Assembly: GCA_951406725.2 (NCBI GenBank)
Contig: OX597832.1
Span: 930,001-994,000 of the forward strand
Source of the DNA: Octopus vulgaris
Taxonomy: Eukaryota
DNA: 64,000 nucleotides
Direction of reading: 5' to 3'
Shown: in pieces, positions 28,706 through 40,951 of the stretch
How the letters are laid out: every line of letters starts with the position of its first letter
Numbering within the stretch: position 1 is the first letter of the stretch
Translations under genes and position numbers: made by a program
The notes under the pieces: generated by a model
The model's database searches: none
What the model saw: only the letters and a program-made list of their open reading frames with translations
What the model was told of the DNA's origin: nothing

Positions 28706-30056
28706 GAGCAAAAGTGGGAGGGTGTCAAGGTAGAAGATATAAGATCTGCTCTCAGGAGGTCAAGCAAATGGAAGTCTCCAGGAAAGGATAAAATTCCTAA
28801 CTTCTGGCTGAATGCCTTCCCAGAGAGCCATGAACTGCTAACAGAACTGTACAATGATGTTTTGCAACACCCTAGTAGGATGCCTTCTTGGCTAGTTAAT
28901 GGGTTAACATTCCTGCTTCCAAAACGTGAAGAAACAAATAAAGCAAAAAACTATAGACCCATAACCTGCTTAACAACTATGTATAAAACGCTAACATCTG
29001 TCCTGACGGAATATACTTATAGTTTTTTAACAGACAGCAGCATATTCCCTAATGAACGAAAGGATGTAAACGTGGATCCTAGGGTTGTAAAGACCAACTA
29101 CTGATCAATAAGATGATCTTAGAAGATTGTCACAAACGACACAAAAACTTATCAATAGCCTGGATAGACTATAAAAAGGCTTTTGATAGCCTACCACATA
29201 GCTGGATTAAGAAATGCCTGGAAATGTATAAGATAGCACCTACTCTGCGAAACTTTTTGACTGTAAGTATGAGATCATGGAGAACCACACTAACTTTGAA
29301 CAGTGACAATGAATCCCTAAATGCTGGTGATGTAAAAGTTTCATGTGGCATTTTCCAGGGTGACTCACTGTCACCACTCCTCTTTTGTTTAGCCTTAATA
29401 CCTCTCTCAAAATTGCTCAATGACGCGCAGTACTGGTATAAAATGTTTGATAAAAATATAAATCATCTCATTTACACGGATGATTTAAAGCTTTTTGCAA
29501 AAAATGACCAACAACTCAAGGGCTTACTAGCGATAGTCAAACAATTCAGTGACGACATCAGAATGCAATTTGAAAGACTTCAGACAAAGAACATGCCTCC
29601 TCATTGATATGACTGTCCCAATCGATATAAACGTATCTGTCAAGACCGACCAAAAACTGAGCAAATATAAAGATCTTGAAATCGAAATCAGCAAAATGTG
29701 GAACCTGAAGACTAAAACAATACCTGTTGTCATAGGTGCCCTGGGAATGATAGCGAAAGGAGCTGATTGCTACCTAACTCAGATACCAGGAAACCCCAAA
29801 ATGGCAGAAACTCAAAAGATAGTGCTCATGGGAACTGCTCATATCCTACGCAAAATACTCTCTATGTAATCTCAAGGTTTAAAACAAACTTTTTTTTAAA
29901 TTTATTTATTAGACAATCACTAGTACAACACCAAAAAAAAACAAATATATGGCACACTAGGCATAACAACAACGTGAACTTCCAACCTGTTGTCTCTTGA
30001 GGTCTCTGGGTGAGACTTGGAGCCAACTTGTACAAACATAAAGCAAAAGTCAAACA
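28706..30056 (+). mobile_element. R4/Dong-clade non-LTR retrotransposon, 5'-truncated and internally deleted, in a (TAA)n tract
   Basis: RT: KSPGKDKIPNFWL, YRPITCL, AWIDYKKAFDSLPHSWI, GIFQGDSLSPLLF, HLIYTDDLKL. Restriction-like endonuclease tail: LIDMTVP...KYKDL...IPVVIGALG. (TAA)n on both flanks. Confidence 0.9.
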
Positions 30057-30653
30057 TATAATAATAATGATGATGATGATGATTATGAAATGCCATGATG
30101 CAGTACCAGGCAGTGGCTCTCGTGGCTTCTGATCTTAACTGATTCGAAGTGTCATCATGTACATTGTTTTGTCTTGGTATAAAGATGGGCTACAGCAAAT
30201 ATTCTGCTCAATACCACAGATTTGGTTGTCAGTTGTTTGACCGTAACCAGTTGACCATGTCCCTTAGGGGCTGACGATATGTGCATCTCTGATCACGAGC
30301 AGAAGTAGTGGGGGAGCATCATAGCCATGTGTTGAGAGGGATTCTTTGGGATTTGGATAGTTCACCTCTGGAAATATGTGTGTTTCGTTCAACATCCTTA
30401 AACAACCCTTATTCAGGGACCTTTTGAGCGGGATGGGTTACTCGACCAGAAAAAAATTCTAACTGGGCCCCACCTGCAAGGTCATGTGATGTTTATTTTG
30501 ATATGAGATCACCATGTCACGCACATATGGTTGTGATGCATGTGCCTGGTGTACCCTTATCAGACGGGTAGTCATGATGGGTATACTGGGCTTCGTATAT
30601 TTTATCCCAGTGTCACTTTGATGGCATGGGAGTATATACATATATATATTTAA

Positions 30654-30866
30654 CGTTATATAATTAGGGTTCAGTAAAAAAAATTTACTTTACCACACAC
30701 CGAACTTTTAGAAATAGCAGCCAAAACATTTTAGCTCTTTCTTCTACTATAAGAAAAGTCTCCCAGACTTATAGTAGAAGAAATAGCTAAAATTGTTTGG
30801 CTGCTATTTCTAAAAGTTCGGTGTGTGGTAAAGTAAATTTTTTTACTGAACCCTAATTATATAACG
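30654..30866. repeat. Near-perfect palindrome with ~100-bp arms
   Basis: 30654-30753 is the reverse complement of 30768-30866, with a 14-nt spacer. Confidence 0.95.
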
Positions 30867-31031
30867 CAATGTTTTAAATATACCGTAAATGGTCTTTTTA
30901 CATACTGAACACTACTTGGTAAAATTGATTAATAATTAATTAATTTTACCCTTTTATTATTGACTATATATATATATATATATACAATTTTCATGCAATT
31001 GAAAAAATCGCATTATTTATGGGATGACCCA

Positions 31032-31073
<42 letters not shown>

Positions 31074-31477
31074 GTGTGTGTGTGTGCGTGTGTGTGTGTG
31101 TGTGCGTGTGTGTGGGGGGGGGGTAAATGTGTGTGTGAAAATATATTTAATGACACCGGTATGAGATTATGGTACAAAGTTATGGATAAAATGGAAATAT
31201 TGAGCAGTGCAGAAAATCATTCCAATTCGTGTTTAAATCTTATTCCTAAAAGTAATTTTTATTGTTACTCTATGTTGTCAATATTTATCGTAACTCACTG
31301 GGCAACTAATATCAGCACTTTTAGAAATTAATTTAAATAGATCTTTACTGAATTGGAACAAAAATTGATCAGTGATTGGGAAGACCAACAAAATGGTTTA
31401 AGAAGTAAATATTGGTATTTTATATATTAATGAGTGGAGAAAATATGATAATGTCGTGTTGTGTGTTTATAGAAGAA

Positions 31478-32606
31478 CTAGCAAATGCCCCTCATCCAAT
31501 GAAGGTTTTTATAGGTGAAGAGGGTTAACTTGGACGGTGTTAAGTTGTGGAGATGTTTGGTGATTGTATGGGGTTGTTACTTTTGGTTAGAGTGAATGCG
31601 ATCTTTTGATGAAAGAAGCATTTGTTATTTTACTTATTCGGCAGTGCACTGTGAACTTGCCAAACGGACTACTAAAAGTTAAGGGTGTTTCAACGACATA
31701 ACTCAAAATGAAAGACCTGGAATGAAACGTCAGCAATTTAGAAGCAGTAAAATTATTGTAGTGAAGTGGTTGAATAGTGATTTAAAAATAAAACTGATCT
31801 AATAATGTTGATCTGTTCAGTTTGTTTAATGAAGGAATACCGAACATTGGTTGATTAATTTTATGCAGCTGTAAAACCTATTACAAAGAATCCGACAAGT
31901 CTACCTATTATGTAGTTTGAATGAGAAACTGTAACTAATGATTAAGATTATTAACCCCAAAATTTTACACGTTTTAATAGCAGTAAATTTTTTTCTCTTT
32001 TTTGCTTAATTAAAATGGTTGCCTTTTTCTCGTAGCTTTTCATATCAGCTGTAAAGGTGAAGAGGGTTAACTTGGATGGTGTTAAGTAATAGAAATGTTT
32101 GATGATTCTATGTGGTGGTTACTATTGACTGTTTCTTCTCAATAAGGATAATTGATTGATAACGAATCTGAACACAATATATATACAAGTTCAAGTGGAA
32201 CCAAACATCATAAATAACCTTAAACTTTTTGCACTCAAGCATACCTCATGTTGACACCTATATGCCAGACTGAACGCTGTTTTATCTTCAAAATGAATAT
32301 TGCAAGTGAAATTTAAACAATTAACAGTTCTTTCGCTTTTGTATTTGACGACTGTTGCTTTCGATTTTCACTGACGTAGTGGTAAGAACAACGGGATACG
32401 TAACAGTAGCTTCGAATAAAAGAACAGGCAAACATTACGAAAATAGCGATTCTCACTTTGAAACTGACAATTTTGAAAATCTTTTTAGATTACAGAACGC
32501 CCCGCTCTCTGATATATCCATGTTTAAAATTTCAGCGCGATCGGATGAACAATATTCGAGTTATAACCGCGCAATCAGACAAACAGAACGAGATTTATAT
32601 ATTAGA
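31478..32606 (-). mobile_element. Non-autonomous Helitron
   Basis: On - it begins a|TCTAATATATAAA and ends with a hairpin then CTAG|t. Internal duplication ~31512-31580 / ~32055-32122. Confidence 0.65.
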
Positions 32607-32844
32607 TGTGTGTAACATGAGTAACAGGATACTCAAAGGATGTTGAAGGAGTAAGAAAACAGCTCAGAAATAAATGCCGCTCCCAGATTCGGCAAGAAGC
32701 AGGAAAACTACAATGTTTCTGTTCAGATATTGAAATTATTTAAAGGCAAAATAATAATCGACCTTCACCGCTTTAAGGTAGTAAAGAGTGTGGAGATAAA
32801 TATCCTTGAGCTATTTGCAGAAATTATTTACATAACCATGTAAA

Positions 32845-32886
<42 letters not shown>

Positions 32887-34493
32887 CACACACACACACA
32901 TACTCAAGTTTCAAATCATTCAGTTCAGACATAAATAGAAGAGAAATTAATATCTTCACCTCTGACAATAAGTACATGAGATTCTTCTCACGACACTTGA
33001 ATGACACCATGCGATAATGACATTCAATTGCTTGTTCAGCAATGGCTGGTTCTTACTGTTACATTCTTTTAAACTGCTTTTGAGAAAATCATTTCAAACA
33101 CTTCATCTTCTCGCCATTTATAAATATATCACTACTTCACTCTCAAACTATTATGCATATTTCTTTAAAATAAAACATCATTAGTCAATGAAAATAAGAG
33201 AAAAAGGTATTAAGTATATTTCTTTGCAAAGGTGTGTTTCATTTACTTTTTGAGAATATATTTGTTATCTAACGGGAATACAGACTAATAACTGATTATA
33301 CAATGTAAATTGAGATCGTGAGAAGTTTCTATGTAATGATGTCTTGGTGAATTAAGAATTTAACTGTTTAATCAAGTTGGCATTTTTTGTAGATTACTTT
33401 TATTTAAAAACCGGTTTCTTTCAGATAGAGGCATGTATTACCACTGACATTCTATCAGTAAAATATTTTGACTAATGCTAAAAACTAGTCATATACATGT
33501 AAATTCTAGGGAGAATTAATAATGATTTAAATGATATTTATTTCTAACATAGGAAAAACAAAATTATTGATTTCTACAGATGTGAACAAATGTGTACAGA
33601 CAAATTCTTGCATACTGCTGGTAAGCTGTATGTGGTCGGTTGAAATAGCTAGTGTCATTTTATGTCATAAAGTGATAAAAATGAGACTTATGGACTTGAG
33701 GTACATTTTGTAGGGATCTAGCTTGACCCTGCCCGAAATTTGAAACCAAATCCACCCAAAACGAGCGGGAAATCCTCTCCACACTAGATGATTGATGAGT
33801 AAACACTCGACGCCCTAGGACTTGTGCTGGTCAAGGAAAGGTTTGTTTAGGGTTTGACCTACATTACTGACCATAGTCTTCATAACAGAGAACACTTCCT
33901 ATCTCTTCTTCCTGTTTTGTATCAGTGGACCAAGGAGTAACACGCTCTCCTGCGTCAGCCATGACCAAGAACAACACTTCCCTTGCCCTTAGCTCGACGT
34001 ACGAACAGAAGCTTTCGACCGCAAGAAAGACGATGCCACCTTTATCCTTTCTTCCTTTCTAGTCAGCACTGTGCCTTCCTTACTCTTTCACTCTCTACTG
34101 ACATACAACCTTTTTCTACTAACCAGCGAGCCAACCTTGTTGTCATTATCACTAGAATTGCTACTGTATCTTTAACTACCTGTCGGGCAAACGAATAAAT
34201 ATATGTAAATTGTGGGATGACGTCAGCAGCTGGGGAGCTGACCGAAACTTGGGACTGACCGGAAGAGGAAGGGGCAGGTGTGACGCGCGCACAAGCAGTG
34301 CAGCATTGGGCTTTTTCGATCGAGGAAACCGAGCGAGTCGGACGTGTGAGCTCGTTGTTAAGGTAGGGGAAAAGCAGCTGCTATTTCTAGTGTTCTGGTC
34401 GGGCCGCGTGGAAGGGTGCATTACCTCTAGAGAGGTCTCCATCGACGAAGAGAAGGTAGGTGTCCTTATTTCAAATCTCCCGCATACACCACA

Positions 34494-34505
34494 AGCTATT
34501 TCGGC
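34494..34505 (+). promoter_or_regulatory. Primer-binding site: perfect complement of tRNA-Phe(GAA) nt 1-12
   Basis: AGCTATTTCGGC directly abuts the 5' LTR. Its reverse complement is GCCGAAATAGCT. Confidence 0.8.
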
Positions 34506-34528
34506 ACTCCATATAAGACATCACCACG

Positions 34529-35290
34529 ATGGCAGCGAAAAAAAGGATTGCCAGCGACATTATCAGACTCTTTAATGATGAGGGCGATGTAGTGGCCTGG
34601 ATTCGTAAAATCAGGCTGGTGGCGAGACTGCAAGGCATAAGCGATGTGGCGAGCCTTATGGCGCTGTATTTGGAAGAGAGCGCGTTGACGCTATATCTTG
34701 AGATGGACGAGGAAGAACGGCTGAGCGAGAAGATTGAGCAACGCCTGAGAGATGCTTACACCGAATGTGAGTACACAGCCTTTGTTAAGCTGGGTACGAT
34801 TAGATGGACGGAAGAACAGGTAGACGAATACGCGGCGGAAGTGCGAAGGTTAGCCACGCTGGCTGGGTTAACAGGAGAAGACCTGGAGAGAGCAGCGCGA
34901 CTGGCGTTCGTAAGTGGGTTCCCCAACGGCGTAGGGATTCGCCTGCAACAATTGCCAGGGGGCAAAAAGATGGCGTTGAGGGAACTTGTGACTCAAGCAC
35001 GCGTATTGACGCGAAACACTGGGCAGAAGGCGATAGCGATGGCGGTAATGAAGGTGCGTAAAGACGGACGACTGCCGGAGAAAGACGCGAAGAAGCCTAC
35101 CGTGCAACGACAGCGGCCGTTCTCAGATCGGTGCTTTAGATGTCAGGGGTCGCACATGGCGAGGGAGTGTACGCAACTGGGGCCCGTCTGCTATCGATGC
35201 AGGCAGACAGGACACATCGCCCGTGATTGCGACCAGGGAAACGACCGTGGGGAAGTTGCTGCCTCTCTGACTTTCCCCGCAAACGAGTAG
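34529..35290 (+). CDS. gag: Gag protein with two zinc knuckles (253 aa, open)
   Basis: ATG to stop without interruption; CFRCQGSHMAREC and CYRCRQTGHIARDC. Confidence 0.88.
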   Translation: MAAKKRIASDIIRLFNDEGDVVAWIRKIRLVARLQGISDVASLMALYLEESALTLYLEMDEEERLSEKIEQRLRDAYTECEYTAFVKLGTIRWTEEQVDEYAAEVRRLATLAGLTGEDLERAARLAFVSGFPNGVGIRLQQLPGGKKMALRELVTQARVLTRNTGQKAIAMAVMKVRKDGRLPEKDAKKPTVQRQRPFSDRCFRCQGSHMARECTQLGPVCYRCRQTGHIARDCDQGNDRGEVAASLTFPANE

Positions 35291-35296
35291 AGGCGC
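35236..35296 (+). promoter_or_regulatory. -1 ribosomal frameshift signal (G GGA AAC + pseudoknot)
   Basis: Slippery heptamer in the gag frame, with pol in the -1 frame. Stem GTGGGGAAGTT/GACTTTCCCCGC; loop GCCTCT can pair with downstream AGAGGC. Confidence 0.75.
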
Positions 35297-37547
35297 TTTT
35301 GGAGACGCTGCCCTTAATTGGTGTCGAGGCCGAGGGGAAGACGTTACTAGGAGAAGCATCCGGAAAGTGGTCGGGAGCTGCGGCAGGTGTCAGTTCATTG
35401 ACACTGCTCCGTGTGGGAATGAGCAAGGAAACCTTTCGGTGGAAACCTTTCGATGGAAAAGGCTAGCTGTGGATGTGACGCACTACCGTCAGGGAATGTA
35501 TCTCTCCATGGTCGACTGCGGGCCGGGCCGACTGGCAATTTGGAGGGAGTTGAGAACGGGCATTGCTGACGAGATTGCGCAGATTTTGAACGGGATATTT
35601 TTAGAGAGAGGTCCCGTGGAAGAACTGCTAATGGAAAACGGGCGGCGTTTCGTTCGGAAGCATTGAGGGATATGCTCGACCGGTGGAAAGTGCGTATAGG
35701 CCGAGCGGACAGTCAAAGCCATAGCGGAAACAGGGCACATTTCGCCGCTGGAAGTGGTTTTTTTGGTACATGTCTCCCCGATCCGGACAAGCTGAAGAAT
35801 CTGTGCCGCACAGAACTGTATTTAAATATAAATGGAAGCACCCGAGTAAAGCGCCGGAGGACCACGAGGAAGAGAAGGGATCCACTTGCGTGAAAATAGG
35901 GGAGGAAGTCTGGGTTAAGCCACCAAAGGCGCGTTGTACGTCCCAATGGAGCAGAGGAACGGTGACGGCGGTCAATTCCAGAAACAACGTCTTTGTGGAA
36001 GGAATGCCGTGACATGTCTTGGACTTTCGCAGGATTGTCGCTTCGTCGGACGACGATTGTGGAGAGGGGGAGAACGCGGTGCCTAGCCTGAGAAGATCCC
36101 GACGCGCAAGGCGCCCTCCCGGTTGGATGGTGGACTACGACGTGGAGTAGAGAGAATGTGATCTTTAAGATCAGGGTGGCGTGTGGGATGACGTTAGCAG
36201 CTGGGGAGCTGACCGGAACTTGTGGCTAACTGGAAGAAGAAGGGGAAGGCGTGACACGCGCGCAGGCAGAGCAGCATTGGGCTTTTTCGATCGAGGAAAC
36301 CGAGCGAGTCGGACGTGTGAGCTCGTTGTTAAGGTAGGGGAAAAGCAGCTGCTATTTCTAGTGTTCGGGTCGGGCCGCGTAGAAGGGTGCATTACCTCTG
36401 GAGATGTCTCCATCGACGAAGAGAAGGTAGATGTCCTTATTTCAAATCTCCCGCATACACCACATAAATATTTCTTCTTTCTTGGTGCTGAATTTTCGAT
36501 GTTCACTGGTTACTCCGACGTGAGAACTTTTAAACGTTACATCTACACGCTACATTTAGTAGTGGGCTACGTCATATCGACGTGATACGGCATCTCACAT
36601 TCAACACGCTACAATCTTCCCAGATGATGGAAGGTAAAAAACACCATCCCCCAGTCTACATGATTCCATTTCTATCATTGGACATAACTAAACACCACTC
36701 AGCCATTCTGCTGTCCCTCCATAATTAAATCCCAGGCAATAGGTTTCTCATGCCAGTACCATTATTATTTTTTCTCTCACCACTATGCTCTATTCTCCTC
36801 AACACTGACTCTCCAAACACTTTCAGTTGAGATGTAATGAACTAAATACATGTTACATGTTATGATTATCAACTTTATGTTGTTACATGTCATGGTAATT
36901 TATTTTAGGTACATATTCAGTTATGATTATATACTTAAACAAATATATATCAAGTCATAACATTTTAACAATCCATATTATCTCTTATTTCATACCATAT
37001 TTGGTGAACATTTGTACAAGTTTCCAATGGGCTAATCAATGGTTCACTATCCCAGCCAGCATGACCATATCAGGCCGATATCGGGTGAAAAGCGGGATAT
37101 CGGTAATTTTTTGCCGATATCGGCCCGTCATCAATATGACATCAAAACGGGGTTATTTTACGTTTTGCATTTCTCGTTGTCAGTTCCACTTATTACTATC
37201 ACCGTCCATGTAGAAAAAATTGTATTTGTAGTAGTATTGATTCTTTTTGTTTGTTTGTTTGTTTGTTTTAACAGTACTCCAACATCGGGCGGACGTCAGA
37301 TTGCTGTCGTACAGCTGCTGGACAATGCAATATCCTTGTGTTTCAAGTAGGGATAGGGGAAGCAACTCAAAATGCAATCTTAACATTTTCCACATCGAAA
37401 GCAGGGAAATTCAATATCCCTGTCGAAAGTTAGGATTACAAAACACGTGATTTATTTAGTGTCATAAATAAGACTAAAAACGCTTTCAAATTTTGCCAGT
37501 TCAATATAATGTATGGGAAAATTTAAAGTCTTTCGACTTAAGAAATG

Positions 37548-37970
37548 GGTTCTTTACGGTTTGAACGGCAGTTTTTAACATAATTTCTAGGTAACTAAAA
37601 AATGTTTAACTTCGTATACTGGTAGAATGTGTTTATAAAACATCATTTTCTCTTCGTTTTCTTGAGAAAATTCTGTAGTCTGTAACATATTTCGTCTTTA
37701 ATTTCTTGCATTTCGGCAATTTTAACCAATCACTGGCGTCTATTGAGTTAAAAAGCATTCTGTGCCGTATGGATATGTCCCTCGTTTAAGAAACACATTG
37801 GGTTTATTTACATTTGTGAAGAAAAAAAGATACCCTTCCCCCACCCCTAACCCTAACTAACCCTAAATCTAAAATAGATTGAAATGCAATAGATCGATTC
37901 TAGGGTCATAATTATTGGTGACCATTTCGTATGACACCGCTAGAAAAAATGTTGCTTCGGTTCCAAGCGA
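37548..37970. mobile_element. MITE-like repeat with internal telomere-like (CCCTAA)n; inverted copy at 63673-64000
   Basis: Both copies share the terminal CGGTTTGAACGGCAGTTTTT motif and have reverse-complement bodies. Confidence 0.7.
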
Positions 37971-38586
37971 CTTAAAGTTTGGCAACTACCTAACAGTAGC
38001 CCGTCTGTATCACACTTTGGATAGCCGAATGGAGAGATACAAGAAGTCTAAGATGCCTACCGGAAGATAGGCTGCTATTGGTCAAAGAAGGTTACATGAT
38101 GTCAAAGAATATCAGTTTTGTACAAATATATATACATATATGTTGTTGCATATATGTTTAGGTTCTTGTATATAGATGTGTGGGTGTGGGTGTGTGTGTG
38201 TGTTTATATAGATTTTTGCATGCAGTTTCTCATGGATACTTAAATGTATTTATTACGTATTAGCATGTAAATATATGTGGGTATTTGTGCACATATATTT
38301 AGTATATGAAGAAAGAACGGCTGGATTGTAAGAAAATTAATTCAAATGCCTATTTTTATGAGCGTGAGCGTTAACTTTCAACTACACAACAGTTATAATT
38401 TTAAAAAACAACAAAATTATAACAGATAAAATAATCAAGTAAATAGAATCTACAACTATCAAAATATATTTCTATATATCTCAAATAATATTAATCCAAA
38501 TTCGTTTAGGTCGAAGACGATCTTTGGCTATTATAATAACGTACAACAACAATATATAAGTGTAACAATAAAGTTTTATATAACGA

Positions 38587-38941
38587 CTAGCAGTATCGCC
38601 CGGCGTTGCTCAGGTTTGTAAGGGAAATAACTATAAAGCATTTTTAGAGAGTTATAGCCAAAAAATAGCAAAAAAATGATGGTAAATTTTTTTTTGAGTT
38701 AAAAAAGGTTGAGTTGCGTCCCCTAGACAGTCTGTGGTTTGTTTCTGATTCTCGACCCCATGTCGATTTTATCGATTTTTTTCAGAACTGGGGGAACTAC
38801 GTTAGTTTTGAATTATGACATTGGGCTATGTGTGTGTCAAGTTTCATCAGAATCGGTTGAAAGCCGTGGTCAGGGTGAGGGTACAAGCAAACAGACACAC
38901 AGAAACACGCACAGACAAACTGCCGTTTATATATAGAGAGA
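38587..38941 (-). mobile_element. Non-autonomous Helitron
   Basis: On - it begins a|TCTCTCTATATATAAA and ends CCTGAGCAACGCCGGG hairpin + CTAG|t. Confidence 0.75.
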
Positions 38942-40351
38942 TAATATGAAACGTCGAGGTCATAATCAGTTTGTTAAGGATTAGTTCTTCATTGATTGTC
39001 ATTATGCAAAGATGAAAAAACAGTAATTGAAGTTGTGAAAAAAATATTTATTTTTACCGTTACATTGTATATACCTTGCCTCGACAGGCAGGCGATAAAT
39101 CCTAGAGCATGCGAAGTAAAAGAGTTGATTTCGGCCTGTGTATTTCTTATTGTAGTAGTGTGTTCTTATTGTAGTATTGTACCATAGAGAGAGATATGGT
39201 AATGTGCAGAGAAGAGAAATTGAGGTAGTGAAAGTGAGGGAGTGTGGGACGTGACAACTGCTTCGTTGGTGAGATACCATAGTTGTTCTCTTTGCCCTTT
39301 TCTTTTTGCGACGGCGTTTTGTTTAGCCTGTCAGCTAGACTCTGATCTCAATAACTGAGTTGTCACCAAGTGACTAACTGATTGAGTTGTTACAAACTGA
39401 CTAACTCATTTTTGCTTGTTTTTTTTTTTTATTACTATCCAGAAGGATAGATATATCATTGAAAACAATGAATTTCGTTGGTGGTACTTATTATCTTAAT
39501 TCTAGCTTTTGGTGGCTTATAAGAGGTTAGAAGGGTCAAGTGGTGAAGACATTATTTTGGCCTAGATATGGCAATCTGGCAAATGTAAAACTGCTGTCAC
39601 AGAAAAACTATTTTTCCACCGTGAGAAAAATTCTGTGGAACTGTTGCTTGAAATTTTGCTATGGTGGATCGAATCCACTTCATGCCTGCAAGATCCACTA
39701 CATAAGTGTATAAATTAAGTATCAGGGTCTTACTTAATATAGAGACTATAATAAAATGTGTAAATAAATATATATGATTATATAGTATTATATTGGTAGT
39801 ATATAACAACTCTTCTCTTTTATTTAAAGTTACTGATATAAAAAAAAGATTGTTTAAAGTAACTAACAAAAAATGTTCTTTATTTACTTAATTTATTGGA
39901 GGGAGAATTCTGTAATAAATGTGAAGAGAAACTTAGAACTATAATACCTACAATCTATATTACTCCATAAATATAGAATTGGGTTATAATAATGGATATC
40001 AAAATATTACTAGTTTTTCAGAAGTTACACCGTAACTAACAAGAAAATGTCCCTATATACGCATATTATGGAAGGGAGAACTCAGTAAATAAATTAAAGA
40101 TAAGCAAAAACAAGGATTTATTACTGATACATGATAAATCTAATCAATATTATTTTTTAGGTAAAGGACTATAAATAGTATATATCCAAATTTTATTAAT
40201 TCTTTGAGAAGTAACAAAATTATATTATTGAAATAAGAATGCAACCTATAAGCTACACAATACTATAAAAATTATTATTGTGGTTATAAAATTTAGTTAG
40301 TAAGTCAAATAAAACTATTCATTTATCATCATCATTATCATCATCATCATT

Positions 40352-40383
<32 letters not shown>

Positions 40384-40452
40384 CATCATCATCATCATCA
40401 TCATCATTATTATTATCGTCATCATCATCATTAATGAATTAATTAATTAACC

Positions 40453-40705
40453 TATGTATAAATTTGATGACGGGTCAATACCCAGAAACTCGGGTTCCTG
40501 TTTATCACGTGAGGCGGGAGATGGGAACGATGACTTCCCTTCACAAATACTGATAGGGCACAGACAGTGTGTCAATAGCCAGCTGGATGAGAAGTCTTCC
40601 TGGGGTTACAAGCTAAATGTGTATGCGTATTCATATGTGAGTATATATGGGTATAGTTGTATATGTGTATATCTTCTACTTGTATGTATATATGTGCAAG
40701 TATGT

Positions 40706-40767
<62 letters not shown>

Positions 40768-40951
40768 TGAAGTATGTTTACCACCTAAATGTGGCTAACC
40801 CTTAAGGGTCGATGCTACTGTAGCTTGTAACCCCAGAAAGACATCTTCTCCAGCTGGAAGTCATCGTTCCCATCTCCAGCTTCAAGTGATACACACGGAC
40901 CTGAGTTTCTGAGTATTGACCAGTCATCAGATTTATACATAGATACACAAA
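40453..40951. repeat. Inverted pair of diverged ~130-bp units with a hammerhead-like core
   Basis: 40453-40615 versus 40821-40951 (reverse complement). The minus copy reads CTGATGA...GAAA-CTCAG-GTC. Confidence 0.65.

Larger units (their letters stand above)
34211..36464 (+). mobile_element. Internally deleted LTR retrotransposon (gag + integrase; PR/RT/RH lost), same lineage as 2943-7204
   Basis: 283-bp LTRs at 34211-34493 and 36182-36464 (TG...CA). TSD TAAAT at 34206-34210 and 36465-36469. Intact gag; integrase WKRLAVDVTHYRQGMYLSMVDCGP, MSPRSGQAEESVPH. Confidence 0.95.
33709..36554 (+). repeat. Possible host LTR interrupted by element 34211-36464
   Basis: TGTAG at 33709, CTACA at 36550-36554, AATAAA near 34195, and PBS-like TTTAGTAGTGGG after it. 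No second copy seen. Confidence 0.35.

Noticed and set aside
34494-34505. Tf1-like self-priming or canonical 3'-end PBS as the explanation of the PBS
   Set aside because: I found no complement of this motif in the LTR (only a same-sense GCTATTTC at 34380-34387), and there is no TGG start.
39500-39705. Possible host exon in non-repetitive sequence
   Set aside because: Frames are short with stops, there is no recognisable domain, and splice signals are unconvincing.
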